A stretch of 62,809 nt of DNA, the filler included, from Chrysochromulina tobinii (taxonomy: Eukaryota), in assembly GCA_001275005.1 (NCBI GenBank). It is 10 parts of 10 records of this genome, joined end to end, with 100 filler letters (N's around TTAATTAATTAA, not from the genome) between each part and the next. Parts side by side here need not be neighbours in the genome. Positions count along the whole stretch, not along the records: positions 31,117 to 32,726 come from JWZX01000362.1; positions 32,827 to 40,695 come from JWZX01000363.1; positions 40,796 to 42,546 come from JWZX01000364.1; positions 42,647 to 47,686 come from JWZX01000365.1; 6 more parts are not named here. One strand, 5' to 3'. Under the pieces are notes generated by a model. The model did no database searches, was not told the DNA's origin, and worked only from the letters and a program-made list of their open reading frames with translations. Every line of letters begins with the position of its first letter. Position 1 is the stretch's first letter. Below, piece by piece: positions 31,412-42,901 of the stretch. Both the position numbers and the translations under genes were made by a program.

Positions 31412-32509
31412 ATGCCGAAGTCGTTGCGGGCGAAGGCGGCGAGGGCTGCGGCGACGACGAGCAATGGCTCGATTGCAGATCTGGCGCGTCCGACAGGCAG
31501 GTCGCCTACGGTGCCTTCAGTGCGCCCGAAGCGAACCATTTCTGTCGCGGCCAAGGCGCGTCCGACACACCATTTGGCACTGTATGCGAAATCAGCTGCA
31601 AGGCAGAAGAAGACTGCGGATGAGCGGAAACTGTTGCCCCCGGAGCACGCTGCCCGCAAGAGAGGTGGCCACTTGAGCGACGTGAAGGCCGTCGTGTGCC
31701 TCATTGCACACGACGGGGTCGTGCGTCCTGCCGCTTGGGTGGCACTGTTGCAGGACCCAAGCGTATCAATCGTCATCCACTCGGACAAGGACTTGCCTAC
31801 TGCGCTCAGGGCGTATCGCTACCCTTTTGGAGCAGTCACTGCATGGGAGGATATTTCTTTGTTCAATCTCATGATTGACATGGTGGGCTACGCGGTGAAG
31901 ACCTACCCGGACGTCAGATACATCTACACGTGCCCAGGGAACGGCGTACCGATCGCAGGTGGTGAGGCAATGGTGGATCCGAGGCGGCTTCAGCCCAATC
32001 TGCCTCTGGGGGAAAGTCTCCTGGGTATCCCAGCACGGGCAGAAGAGCGGTGCACCATTCGCAATTGGGAGCCGGCAAGGGTGAAGGCGATGGCCACGCA
32101 GGGTTATCTGGAGCCTATCCCAGCTCGATGTTACGGGTCGATGTGGGTCGGCCTATCGAGAGTAGATGCCGACCTTTTGATGAGTTTGGTGCCTGGGCAC
32201 CAGGCCAGGCTGGCCGCGGCTTACCGAGCTGCATACGCGCACGCCGGCGCGGAGCATTCGGCGAGCCATGCTAGATTGGCCCCAGATGAGGAGTTCATTC
32301 CTTACCTACTGCACGTGATTGGCCGTCGCGCATGGCCTGAAGCCCACTTCCACATAATGGCGGAATTGCAGGCGTCGGAGCCAAAATGCCGTCAGTGCGA
32401 ATACAGGGCAGGTCATGGAAAACTACTGACCGCCACGGAGGAAAAGCGGTTGAAGAAGGGGAGTGCGTGCTTGTTCATGCGCAAGGTCCAGGGTCCTGGG
32501 GGCGAGTGA
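31412..32509 (+). CDS. Divergent GT14 / core-2 I-branching (DUF266-like) glycosyltransferase
   Basis: SIVIHSD, TAWEDISL, GNGVPI, GSMWVGLSR, APDEEFIPYLL and CLFMRKV occur in the order of the Branch-family motifs. Confidence 0.65.
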   Translation: MPKSLRAKAARAAATTSNGSIADLARPTGRSPTVPSVRPKRTISVAAKARPTHHLALYAKSAARQKKTADERKLLPPEHAARKRGGHLSDVKAVVCLIAHDGVVRPAAWVALLQDPSVSIVIHSDKDLPTALRAYRYPFGAVTAWEDISLFNLMIDMVGYAVKTYPDVRYIYTCPGNGVPIAGGEAMVDPRRLQPNLPLGESLLGIPARAEERCTIRNWEPARVKAMATQGYLEPIPARCYGSMWVGLSRVDADLLMSLVPGHQARLAAAYRAAYAHAGAEHSASHARLAPDEEFIPYLLHVIGRRAWPEAHFHIMAELQASEPKCRQCEYRAGHGKLLTATEEKRLKKGSACLFMRKVQGPGGE

Positions 32510-32609
32510 ATCCTATTACCACGTAGGAACTCGTAGCACATGAGTGCGTGTTCCCATTTCATTCTTTATTAGATGGACACATTCAAACACCCTTGTGGTT
32601 CGGTCGCTC

Positions 32610-32726
32610 TCTCGCTCAGTGTCTCACGCACACGCTGCGCTCACGATCTCTCTTATCTCTCATGCTCGGCTCACGCTGCGGCTCGCCGGCTTGGCTCACG
32701 CTCAGTCTGCTCACGCTCGCTCACGC
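32610..32726. repeat. Degenerate (gctcac)n simple repeat at the contig end
   Basis: Recurrent ctcacgct/gctcacg units. Confidence 0.7.
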
Positions 32727-32986
32727 NNNNNNNNNNNNNNNNNNNNNNNNNNNNNNNNNNNNNNNNNNNNTTAATTAATTAANNNNNNNNNNNNNNNNNN
32801 NNNNNNNNNNNNNNNNNNNNNNNNNNACACATACAACACAACACGTGAGCCACAACCAGGCGAGCGCACGTGCGCCCACGTGTCTAGGCGCGCGTCAAAG
32901 TGGACCATGTCTCATAACGCAGCGGTGAATCTCATCTGCAACTCATCGGCGGGTCCTAGCTCCTAGGGTCCGGGGACTAATCAAGA

Positions 32987-35689
32987 TCAATGGTCTGGAC
33001 TGCGACCCGGACTTGGCCTCCACGAGCTGAGAACGTTGCGCGGCTGTCTGGCCGCTCCGTGGATGAGCGCTTTGGCGGCGACCGAAGGATAGTATGGCGA
33101 GCTCATCGAGGGGTTGCTTCGTTCTTGCGGCTGCCACTCGTCCTTGACGAAATCGCATGTCGTCCCCGGCTCGAGCGCCGTGCCGAGCGCGTACCTGGAG
33201 GATGAGGGCGACGAGGGCTCCGCAACGTGGGAGAGGTCCTGGGCAAGAGTGGCGGCAGCCTCCATCGCGGTAGCCATGGGGTGCAGATGGTGAGGACGAG
33301 TGACGTCCCAAATTTGGGTGACGTCCCAAAGGGCCATCGGACTCGCCACTGTCGATGGACTTCGTTCTGCCTGTGCGACCGCGCGCGCCGCGAGCTCCAG
33401 CTCGAGCTCGAGCTCGAGCTCAGGCTCGTTCCTCATGCGCCGTAGCATCTCGTCGGCGCTTGCATTTTGTCGCGAGATTGCATCTCTCCGAAGGATCTCG
33501 TCGGCGCTTGGCGGGTGAGCTTGGCTGGTAGGGCGGGCCGCCGGAGTGTGTGGCGAAGAGGCTGCTGGCCTCCATCTCCAAGAGCCAGCTTGAGCATCAG
33601 GAGTGTGTGGCGAAGAGGCTTGAGGGGCTGCTGGCTGTGCGCTCTCGCGCCCGCGGCTTGGGGATGCTGCTGCCGCTGCCGCTGTCGCTGCCGCTGCCGC
33701 TGCCGCTGCCGCTGCCGCTGCTGTTGCCGCCGCTGCTGCTGCCTTCCGGTCCATACGCGGCGGCGCGACAGCGGCCTGGGGCGGCGTGGCAGCGGCTTGA
33801 GGCGGCGAGGCTCGCGGCGCCAGGCTCGAGGCGGAGGCAGCCGCGGTAGCAGCAGCAGCAGTGGGCCCATGAGGAGGGCTGAGCGCATTGGTCTTGCTTC
33901 CCTTCTTCTTTTTGCCCCCTGTCGCCGGCACGACCTTGGCTGTCGCCTTTGTCGCCGTCGACGCCACGCCGACGACGGCGGCCTTGGGAGATCCGCTCTC
34001 CTTGGGAGATCCAACGTCGGCGTCAGTGAGGAGAGTATAAGGTGCCTCGCCACCGCCGAGACCCCAACCCCAATTCCAGCCCCCAGCGGTCGGTGCGGGA
34101 GCCGGTGCTGGTGCGGGTGCGGGTGCGGGTGCGGGAAGGAGATCTTTCGGCTGATCATCAAGCGTCGACATCCCTTGGTGCTTCATTGCATTTCCAATCT
34201 CATCAAGGGAGAGGCCGAGGCCCTGCATCGCTGCTGCCACTGCCATGCGGCTTCCCTCGCCGCTCTCGCCTCTGAAACTGGGCTGGCTCGAGGGCGGCCC
34301 ACCAAACACACGCAGAAGGCGCATCGCGACATTTGTGGCGAGCGCCGCGGGAGCACCCAAGATCGCGCTCCACCCCTTCAGCGCGGTTGGCTCTGCCTCG
34401 GCCTTCGCCTCGTCCTTCGCCTCGTCATGACCGCCGGGATAGCTGCCGCTGGGATAGCTGCCGCCGCTCCTGGCCCTACCGCTGCCCTTGGCTACGACTG
34501 ACGCCGATGCTGCGGGCGGCGCGGCGGCGGTGGAAGCGGCGGAAGCGGCGGCGGCGGCGGCGGCGGCGGTAGCGGTGGCGGCGGCGGCGGCTGGGACATA
34601 ATTGGTGGGCATGAGAGGTGGCGTACTCCCTCTGCCGACACCACCTCCACGGGCACCATCGCCGCTGCCAGAGCCACGGCCAGCGCCGCCTCCTCCGCGG
34701 CTACCAGCGCCGCCACCGCCACCGCCCTCCATGGCCTGGATGGTAGCGGCCACCAACGCCGCCAAGCCGCCAGTACCATCGAGGAGGCTTCCCTTGCCGC
34801 GAGAGCTTAGGTGGACGCTTGGACTTGCCATATTTGGACCTTCCGAAACCCGTCGGATGAGGGCGTAGGCAGCGCATCCGATGCAGAGGAGACACATGAG
34901 GATGTATGCCGGCACGAGCACCACACCTAATCCGCCCAACCAGCCCATCACTACTGCCAAGGTCAGCGACGGCGCAGCAGGCGGCAGGCGCGGCACTTGC
35001 GGCGCGGTAGGCGGCGCGGGCGGCGGCGCGGGCGGCGGCGGTGGAGGAAAGGGCGGTGGGGGTAGGGCCGACGGCGGTGGCGGCGGCGGTGGAAGCGGCG
35101 GCGGCGACGGCGAGGATGAGGGAGGGTCAGGAGATGGCGGCGGCGGCGGCGGCGGCAAGGGTGAGGGAGGGTGCGGCGGCGGCGGTGAGTTTGGGTGCGG
35201 CAGCGGCGGTGAGGGATGGTGCGGCGGCGGCGGCTGTGGCGGCCACGGCGTTGGCCCGTGTGGTGGCGACGGCAGCAGCTGCAAGGTTGAGGGTTGTTGC
35301 GGAGGTGGTGGCGACATCGGCAGGGGCGGCGGCGGCGATGGGGGCAGCGGCAAGGGTGGAGGCTGTGACGGCGCCAAGACAATATCAAACGTGAGCACCC
35401 CGTCCCCCGCGAACTCCACGACTTGGCCGAGCTCCGCACGCAGCTGATCTGTGAAGCACCGCCCATTTGACACAGCGCGGACAACATCTGACAATGCGCG
35501 GCCCCCGTAGCCTGATTCCCGCAAGCCTCTCGCTGTCACCTTGACCTTGCCGCTAAAGTCGTTTTGCTGCTCGAGTTCGAGCAGCAGCACGTCCGCGAAT
35601 ACTTCATCGCCGCACCGCCGCAATGCTTGCACCAGCGTGTCGCTCGGCAACACGACTGTAAACGCGGGGACCATGAAGCGAGTTTGCAC
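32987..35689 (-). CDS. Proline-rich single-pass membrane protein with a long low-complexity tail; 5' exon uncertain
   Basis: 900-aa ORF with an SPPP stalk, a hydrophobic LGVVLVPAYILMCLLCIGCAAYALI segment and an Ala/Gly-rich tail. Confidence 0.6.
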   Translation of the reverse strand: MQTRFMVPAFTVVLPSDTLVQALRRCGDEVFADVLLLELEQQNDFSGKVKVTARGLRESGYGGRALSDVVRAVSNGRCFTDQLRAELGQVVEFAGDGVLTFDIVLAPSQPPPLPLPPSPPPPLPMSPPPPQQPSTLQLLPSPPHGPTPWPPQPPPPHHPSPPLPHPNSPPPPHPPSPLPPPPPPPSPDPPSSSPSPPPLPPPPPPPSALPPPPFPPPPPPAPPPAPPTAPQVPRLPPAAPSLTLAVVMGWLGGLGVVLVPAYILMCLLCIGCAAYALIRRVSEGPNMASPSVHLSSRGKGSLLDGTGGLAALVAATIQAMEGGGGGGAGSRGGGGAGRGSGSGDGARGGGVGRGSTPPLMPTNYVPAAAAATATAAAAAAAASAASTAAAPPAASASVVAKGSGRARSGGSYPSGSYPGGHDEAKDEAKAEAEPTALKGWSAILGAPAALATNVAMRLLRVFGGPPSSQPSFRGESGEGSRMAVAAAMQGLGLSLDEIGNAMKHQGMSTLDDQPKDLLPAPAPAPAPAPAPAPTAGGWNWGWGLGGGEAPYTLLTDADVGSPKESGSPKAAVVGVASTATKATAKVVPATGGKKKKGSKTNALSPPHGPTAAAATAAASASSLAPRASPPQAAATPPQAAVAPPRMDRKAAAAAATAAAAAAAAAAAATAAAAAASPSRGRESAQPAAPQASSPHTPDAQAGSWRWRPAASSPHTPAARPTSQAHPPSADEILRRDAISRQNASADEMLRRMRNEPELELELELELAARAVAQAERSPSTVASPMALWDVTQIWDVTRPHHLHPMATAMEAAATLAQDLSHVAEPSSPSSSRYALGTALEPGTTCDFVKDEWQPQERSNPSMSSPYYPSVAAKALIHGAARQPRNVLSSWRPSPGRSPDH

Positions 35690-35929
35690 TTTTTTGGAGA
35701 CAAACTTCAGTTTGGGTATGTTTGGAGTTTTTCACGGCCTCACCTCAGTCGAATCTACGCGGTGGCTCGTGCGCGCATGGACAATGGCATGAGCGGCAAG
35801 AGAGGGATAGTCGAGAGGGTTTGGTTCATGAGAGGAGTTGACTGTGGAGTTGAGCCGCGCGTGACGCGGTCGTTCGTCATGGCAGCGGTCCGGCGGCCGG
35901 CGCGATTCGGCTGGGTGCGCCTGCTCCGC

Positions 35930-37028
<1,099 letters not shown>

Positions 37029-37396
37029 TCAAATTGGGCGGACACTTTATACTCCCCGCAAAACAGACCCGGGCGGCCGGGGTTCGTGTCGACGGGGTTG
37101 GGCCGGGGGGGGGGCTCGGGATGACCGCAAAACCGATACGCGTATTCTTAACTTTGTACATACATTCACCGTCGCGGAATGCGGGCCGACGCAGCATCGC
37201 GTCACCAATCTCGCATCTGCTTGGGTTATCGGTGATGATTGCGGCGCTGCTCGTTGAAGAGCGTCAGCTGCGCGCATCGACCCGCGGCGACCTGGAAGAC
37301 TCCCAGGCACTTCTTTGAGGCGATCGGCTCCACGTGGCGGCGAGGGACTTTGTGTGCGGCCCCTCCTATCAACCCCGCCCACGCCGCCTCACAGAC

Positions 37397-38392
37397 TCAC
37401 GAGATGACGTCGTAGTCGGGCTGCCACGCGAGGTCGACTGGCACGCCGAGGGGCGCGACGAGGCGCAGCTTGTGCTCGTCGTGCGCGCCGCCCTCCCGCC
37501 GGCTACCCGGTTTGCTCGGGCTCAGCGCAGCCGCAGCATTGCTTAGCGCGGCTACGTGACGCACCGCGAGGACGGTGCCGCCCTCGGAGGTCGTTACGCC
37601 GCCCTTGACCGAAACGACATGGAGGGCGACGGTGCTCGAGGCGGAGCATGGTAGGCGCAGCGACTGCACGCGGGTGCCGCCGCTGCCGCCATCACTGCCG
37701 CTGTTGCTGTCGCTGCTCAGCATGGCGCTCGCCGGGCGCACCGCCTGCGACGTCGCCACTTCACCCGTTTCGAGTACGGTAGCGGTCACGTAACAGCTGC
37801 CCATGCCGACCGGCAGCCAGCGCGGCGAGCCCACGTAGAGGCACAGCTCACCCGTGGCGCGCCTGTCGAGTCCACGGGTGAGCACTGACACGGGTGAGTG
37901 CATGGGCGCCGACGCGGCCGTCGATGACGATGGGCGCGAGACGGGCGGCGGCGCCGTGTTGCGATCGAGTCGTCGTCGACTGGGCGGCGAGGACGGCGAG
38001 GGAGAGCGGAAGGAGAGCTTGCCGCGCACGGCGTCAAAGTCGCTCATGCTGCGCGAGCTGCCGATGTCCGTCGAAGCCCAGCGCGCTCGCGAGCGTGCGG
38101 ATATGTCGAGGCCCAGCGGTGTGCGCCTTCGCGGCGGCGAGTCAGTGCGCGCACGCGCCACCTCCTCGCGGCCGCGCACACTGAGCTCGAAGAGCGTTTG
38201 ACTTGCCTTGAAGTGCGAGCTGTTGGCATGCACGGTGACTGCTGCGGATTTGGAAAAGGGAGGTCCGGCAAAGCAGTGGTTGCGCCTGCATGGCGATTCC
38301 TCAAAGAAGGGCCCATCCGGCTCGTAGTGCAGCCTTCCACCGGCCGAGCTAGCCTGGCTGCTCGCCAGCTCGCGCCCAAAGGACGCTTTCAT
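37397..38392 (-). CDS. Hypothetical protein, possible C2-like C-terminal region; may continue after an intron
   Basis: ORF of about 330 aa with a beta-rich tail (GELCLYVGSPRWLP..CYVTATV). Confidence 0.45.
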   Translation of the reverse strand: MKASFGRELASSQASSAGGRLHYEPDGPFFEESPCRRNHCFAGPPFSKSAAVTVHANSSHFKASQTLFELSVRGREEVARARTDSPPRRRTPLGLDISARSRARWASTDIGSSRSMSDFDAVRGKLSFRSPSPSSPPSRRRLDRNTAPPPVSRPSSSTAASAPMHSPVSVLTRGLDRRATGELCLYVGSPRWLPVGMGSCYVTATVLETGEVATSQAVRPASAMLSSDSNSGSDGGSGGTRVQSLRLPCSASSTVALHVVSVKGGVTTSEGGTVLAVRHVAALSNAAAALSPSKPGSRREGGAHDEHKLRLVAPLGVPVDLAWQPDYDVIS

Positions 38393-38528
38393 AGAACCCC
38401 GAATTTCGTTGCCTGACGGTTTCAAAACGTGACGAAACCGATATGAACTAAACCGATTTCGACAACGATCTGGACCGGAAACTCGATTTCACAGGATCGA
38501 TTTCACAACTAGTTCACATGCTCGCCGA

Positions 38529-40451
38529 ATGCCGACGATGCCGACGGTCGCAGAGGCGACCAACTCCACATGCGCGACATACACGGTGAACTGCGTTCGC
38601 GGCACGCGGCCCGCACGCGGCCGGCTGCTACCGTCGGACGCGGTGCTCCGGCCGAGCGACTTTTGCCCCAGCCTCATGCCGCCGTGGCTGCCGCCGTCAG
38701 TTGGCGACTACATTGCACTGCGTGGGAAGGGTTCCAAGTGCTACAAGGAATGCCCTGCGTATTCACTGCTGCCTCAGAAGGGCTACGGCGTCACCGCTCT
38801 TTCTGAGTGTAACGGTTCGGCGTACACGGTGCTCCAATGCTCCGTGCGGCCGCTCGTGCCCCACTACGCCGCATCGTTGAGCGTCGACTTTGCGAGCGCC
38901 GCGGGCGTCGACGTGCTGCTGGCGACGAGCGACAATGCGGGGCACGGGCTCTTTGCAATGGTGGAGCGCGTGATCAACCAGATCCTTTACGCGCGCGCTC
39001 ACGGCCTCACCCCCGCCGTATGGGCGGGCGAACACGTGATGGCAGAGGGGCGCGCGTGCCAGCAAGGGCGGAACGCATACTTTGAGAGCTCGGCAGGCGA
39101 CAACGTGTGGGAGTACTGGTTTGAGCAGCCGGCGGACTACACACCGGGCGACGCTGCCACGCGCAGCGGCCGGCGCGTCCGCTCCGTGCAGATCGTGCCC
39201 GCCCAAGCCCTCTACCAGCATTCTACCTCCACACGCGCATTCACGCAGACGTACACGGGCCTCGATTTATACGACGGGCGGGTTTTACTTGGGCGGCGCA
39301 CGGCGGCACACGCGGTGGTGGGCAACGGCACCCTCGTGCGCTCTTTCGTGCGCGAGCGCGCCGCGCGCCTCGTGCGCCATTGGCGCACCTTCAGCGACGC
39401 CTTGCTTGGCGTGCATGTGCGCGGCACGGACAAGGTGGTGGCCCGCAAGGTGCCGCCTGAGGCTTACTTCCCCTGGTGTGACGCGTGGCTGCGCGCGCAC
39501 CCGCGCGCGCTCCTCGTGGTCGCTACGGACGAGCGTGCCTACTATGAGCGCCTTGTGGAGCGCTATGGGCTGTGGAAGCCGCCGGGGCGCGTCGCAAAGG
39601 GCGGCGGCGGCAAGGGCGGCGGCGGCAAGGGCGGCGGCGGCAAGGGCGGCGGCGGCAAGGGCGGCGCCGAGGATGAGGGCGACCATTGGAGCCGCACGGG
39701 GCGCGTGGTCAGTGCGGGTACGGGATACACTGCCCGCAGCGTGATCAGCGCCGCATCCCGTGGCGGCGGCTACGCGCGCGGCGTTGAAGTCCTTTTGGAT
39801 GCGCTCCTCCTTGCGCATTGTGACTTTCTGCTGAAGACGACATCGACGGTGGCCGAGTTCGCGATCTGGGTCAATCTGCGCTTGCACGCCAACTCCCTCG
39901 ACCTGCAATACGAGGATCGGCTTCGCTCTCAACGGCCGCTACCGGCTTGGGCGGCCGCTGTCGGACGCAACGACGCCCAGCCGTTCTGCTCGGCCCTCGC
40001 TCGAGGCTGCCGCATCGATCGCGAGGCGGCATCGCGACGAGCCTTGGGCGGGAGAGCCGCCAGGGGCGCCAGAGGCGTCTCGCCGCCGTATTATCGCACT
40101 CTGCTCCAGCCGGGTCAGAAGTGCGCGCAGTGCCAACCGCGGCTCGATAACAGCACCCTCTCCATCGCGAGCGCGGCCGAGCGCATCAGACCTGGCGAGC
40201 GGTGCGAGCGGCGGCGAGGGCATCGGCCCATGACACAGCTCGAATGCGTCGCGTATGCACGCGTGCGCCGCATCCCCTTTCTCGGCGTCCAGTCCGAAAA
40301 GGCCGAGTTTGGCGGATGCGTCGTGTGGGAGGGGCGCAATGTCGAGTTCAACGCGCACAAGGAGGCCGCGCTCAATGGTTGCAACGTGGGCGCGGGTCGT
40401 GGCGTGTGCTTGTGCGTGCGAGCAGGGCGGCGCGAGCGCCGCCGCTGGTAG
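38529..40451 (+). CDS. NodZ-like fucosyltransferase with Cys-rich N- and C-terminal extensions
   Basis: GHGLFA, DNVWEYWFEQ, LGVHVRGTDK, LVVATDE, GVEVLLDALLLAHCDFLLKTTSTVAEFA. Same motif set as 3898-4902. Confidence 0.8.
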   Translation: MPTMPTVAEATNSTCATYTVNCVRGTRPARGRLLPSDAVLRPSDFCPSLMPPWLPPSVGDYIALRGKGSKCYKECPAYSLLPQKGYGVTALSECNGSAYTVLQCSVRPLVPHYAASLSVDFASAAGVDVLLATSDNAGHGLFAMVERVINQILYARAHGLTPAVWAGEHVMAEGRACQQGRNAYFESSAGDNVWEYWFEQPADYTPGDAATRSGRRVRSVQIVPAQALYQHSTSTRAFTQTYTGLDLYDGRVLLGRRTAAHAVVGNGTLVRSFVRERAARLVRHWRTFSDALLGVHVRGTDKVVARKVPPEAYFPWCDAWLRAHPRALLVVATDERAYYERLVERYGLWKPPGRVAKGGGGKGGGGKGGGGKGGGGKGGAEDEGDHWSRTGRVVSAGTGYTARSVISAASRGGGYARGVEVLLDALLLAHCDFLLKTTSTVAEFAIWVNLRLHANSLDLQYEDRLRSQRPLPAWAAAVGRNDAQPFCSALARGCRIDREAASRRALGGRAARGARGVSPPYYRTLLQPGQKCAQCQPRLDNSTLSIASAAERIRPGERCERRRGHRPMTQLECVAYARVRRIPFLGVQSEKAEFGGCVVWEGRNVEFNAHKEAALNGCNVGAGRGVCLCVRAGRRERRRW

Positions 40452-40795
40452 CAGCGAAGCACCGCAGGCGTAGCATAGGTACACAGGACACTCAGTTTGT
40501 AATCAGGGTATGAGGAAGGGGTGGAGTGAAGCTGAGAGATCAGGTCGCGCACCTGGCAGATGAAGTGGACTTTTTTTCGGAGCGCGCCGCAGGCGAGGAA
40601 AATTTACATGTGATGGCAACCTATATTAAATAGGATCTACACTACATTCGAATAATTGTGCTTCATGAGTGCTGCATGCGATGCATCTTTGACAGNNNNN
40701 NNNNNNNNNNNNNNNNNNNNNNNNNNNNNNNNNNNNNNNTTAATTAATTAANNNNNNNNNNNNNNNNNNNNNNNNNNNNNNNNNNNNNNNNNNNN

Positions 40796-42546
40796 GTCGT
40801 AGAGTTTATCCTCACGCCACGCGTGCCACTCATCTGGCGCATCGTCGATCGGCAGCGCAGGTAAATTATCAACGATCGTGGGGATGTTGATGGGCGACGC
40901 CAAGGCGTCCGGTTCCGGGGTCATCGGCAGGGCATGTTCGTCAATATCGGGCAACACAAGCTCGGGGTCGTGGAAGAAAGGGGCAGCAAAGCTGCACTTT
41001 CTGAGGGACTGCCAGGGGAGCACATCCGGAACTGACCCGTCCGATGGCACCTCGAGCAATACGGCATGGGGCTTAACTGCGAGTACCGTGAACGCGTGCC
41101 TCCAGGCGAGTCCCTTGCCATGCTTGCGTATGTAACGCGACTTCTCCGAATCGCTGTACTTCAGCCACACCTTATCTCCTGGTAGTACTGTACGGAGTGG
41201 TTTCGGGGAAGGCATCAGTCGTGTCTCTGCGTCCTTGAGATCATCAAGCTCTCTCGTGAGTCTCAGATGCATTCGCCTCATTCGCAATCCGAACTCTTGG
41301 ATAGTGCGTTCCTCCGGACTAGCGGTGGGAAGTAAATATGGTTGCTCTAGGGCCGCAAGCGTCGGTGGAGGGTAGCCGAAAAGGGACACAAAAGGTACTT
41401 GCGTGTCGCGCGATAATCGTTGATTGACACAGTGCTGGATCGCGGGGAGAAGTGGCTTCCATCCTTGGTAATCGCTTGTATGCCGGTCGAGGGCAACCTT
41501 CAGTTTCTTCACAGCCGCCTCAGCAAGCCCGTTCGCCTGTGGTGTATGGGGCATGACATGTATCATACGGTATCCGTACAGCTGCTCCGAGGCATCCATG
41601 AGCTTGTTGGCGAAGGCGCTTCCGTTGTCAGCTACAATCACCAAGGGCGGCCCAAAGATAGAGAACACATGCGTGATTAATGCATCGAGGGTCTCCGAGG
41701 CTGTGGTTGACTTTACCGGGTTATATAGAGTGAACTTGGTGAGTGCGCAGACGGTAGCAAGTACGTACTTGTACCCATCGCACTCGGGAAGCTCTCCCTT
41801 ATGGTCCAGATGGATAACCTCGAACGGCCTGGTCGGGGTGGGCGCTGAGCCGATGGGCACGGACATAGTCGCCTGGGACCTCGTACTGCCGCACTTCTCG
41901 CAAGCAGCCGCGAAAGAGTGGCATTCTCGCTCCATTCCAGCCCACCAGTAATGGGCGCGTAGTTGCCTGAACATGGTCTCTCCCCCAACGTGGCCACCTC
42001 CATCGGCCATTGAGAAGTGATGTCTGGAGAGTATTGCAGGTCTACTCTTCGAGGGTCAGCGTCGGGCGGAGGCGAACGGTCGTCTCGGCTCTGCCCAGCG
42101 CGCGTGATCCAATTGATATCAGGATATCGGCCGTGTCATGGGCATCCTCAGGATGTACAACGCAACCCAACTCGGTAGCAGCTTGCGTGGAGATTGCGAG
42201 GAGGCAGCTGGCGTCGCGCGTCGTGAACTCGTCTCCGTCTGCCACTAGCATCACAGACGGCGGGCGTCCGGTGACCCTGTAGAAAATGTCGATGTACCGA
42301 AGCCATCTGGTCAGGCTGGGGCATGATCCGTGGCGGAGGTCGTCCACTAGTCTGCCGACCTGCAGCGCCATCTGCTGCAGCCTATCCGGATTTCGACCGA
42401 GGGCACAAGTGGCGTGGGTATGAGATTCGAGGCTGAACATCTCGTCCTCCTTACCGGCGGCGGCAGACACTCGATCTCGCATGCCACGGCCGGGAATCTC
42501 GGGTGCTCCGGAGGAGGACCAGAATCCGTCGGGGTCATCCGCTCTG
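40796..42546 (-). mobile_element. Ty3/Gypsy LTR retrotransposon pol remnant (integrase), frame disrupted near 42042-42058
   Basis: H2C2 zinc finger (HHF..GGHVG..YWW..CEKC) and rve core IHLDHKG, VADNGSAF, PQANGLAEAAV. An in-frame TGA lies just upstream. Confidence 0.88.
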
Positions 42547-42901
42547 NNNNNNNNNNNNNNNNNNNNNNNNNNNNNNNNNNNNNNNNNNNNTTAATTAATT
42601 AANNNNNNNNNNNNNNNNNNNNNNNNNNNNNNNNNNNNNNNNNNNNAAGCTAACGTGTGTCCGCTTCCCCACGCCGCCTCTTTCCCTCGATCCCCCTGAG
42701 TGTAGCCTTGTTGCTTGATGAGTGCCACAGGCAAAAACACGACGTGGGCTGGCTGTCAACATGAAGATGAGTGGGATCAGCGCAATCCAAGAGTCGGTGC
42801 AAGAAGCGGCCAAAGGAATCGCAGACATCAGGTCAACCATTGCCACTCTCATGATACGTTCCCGTATTTACTATACATATCATACCTTGTATATGTGTTC
42901 C

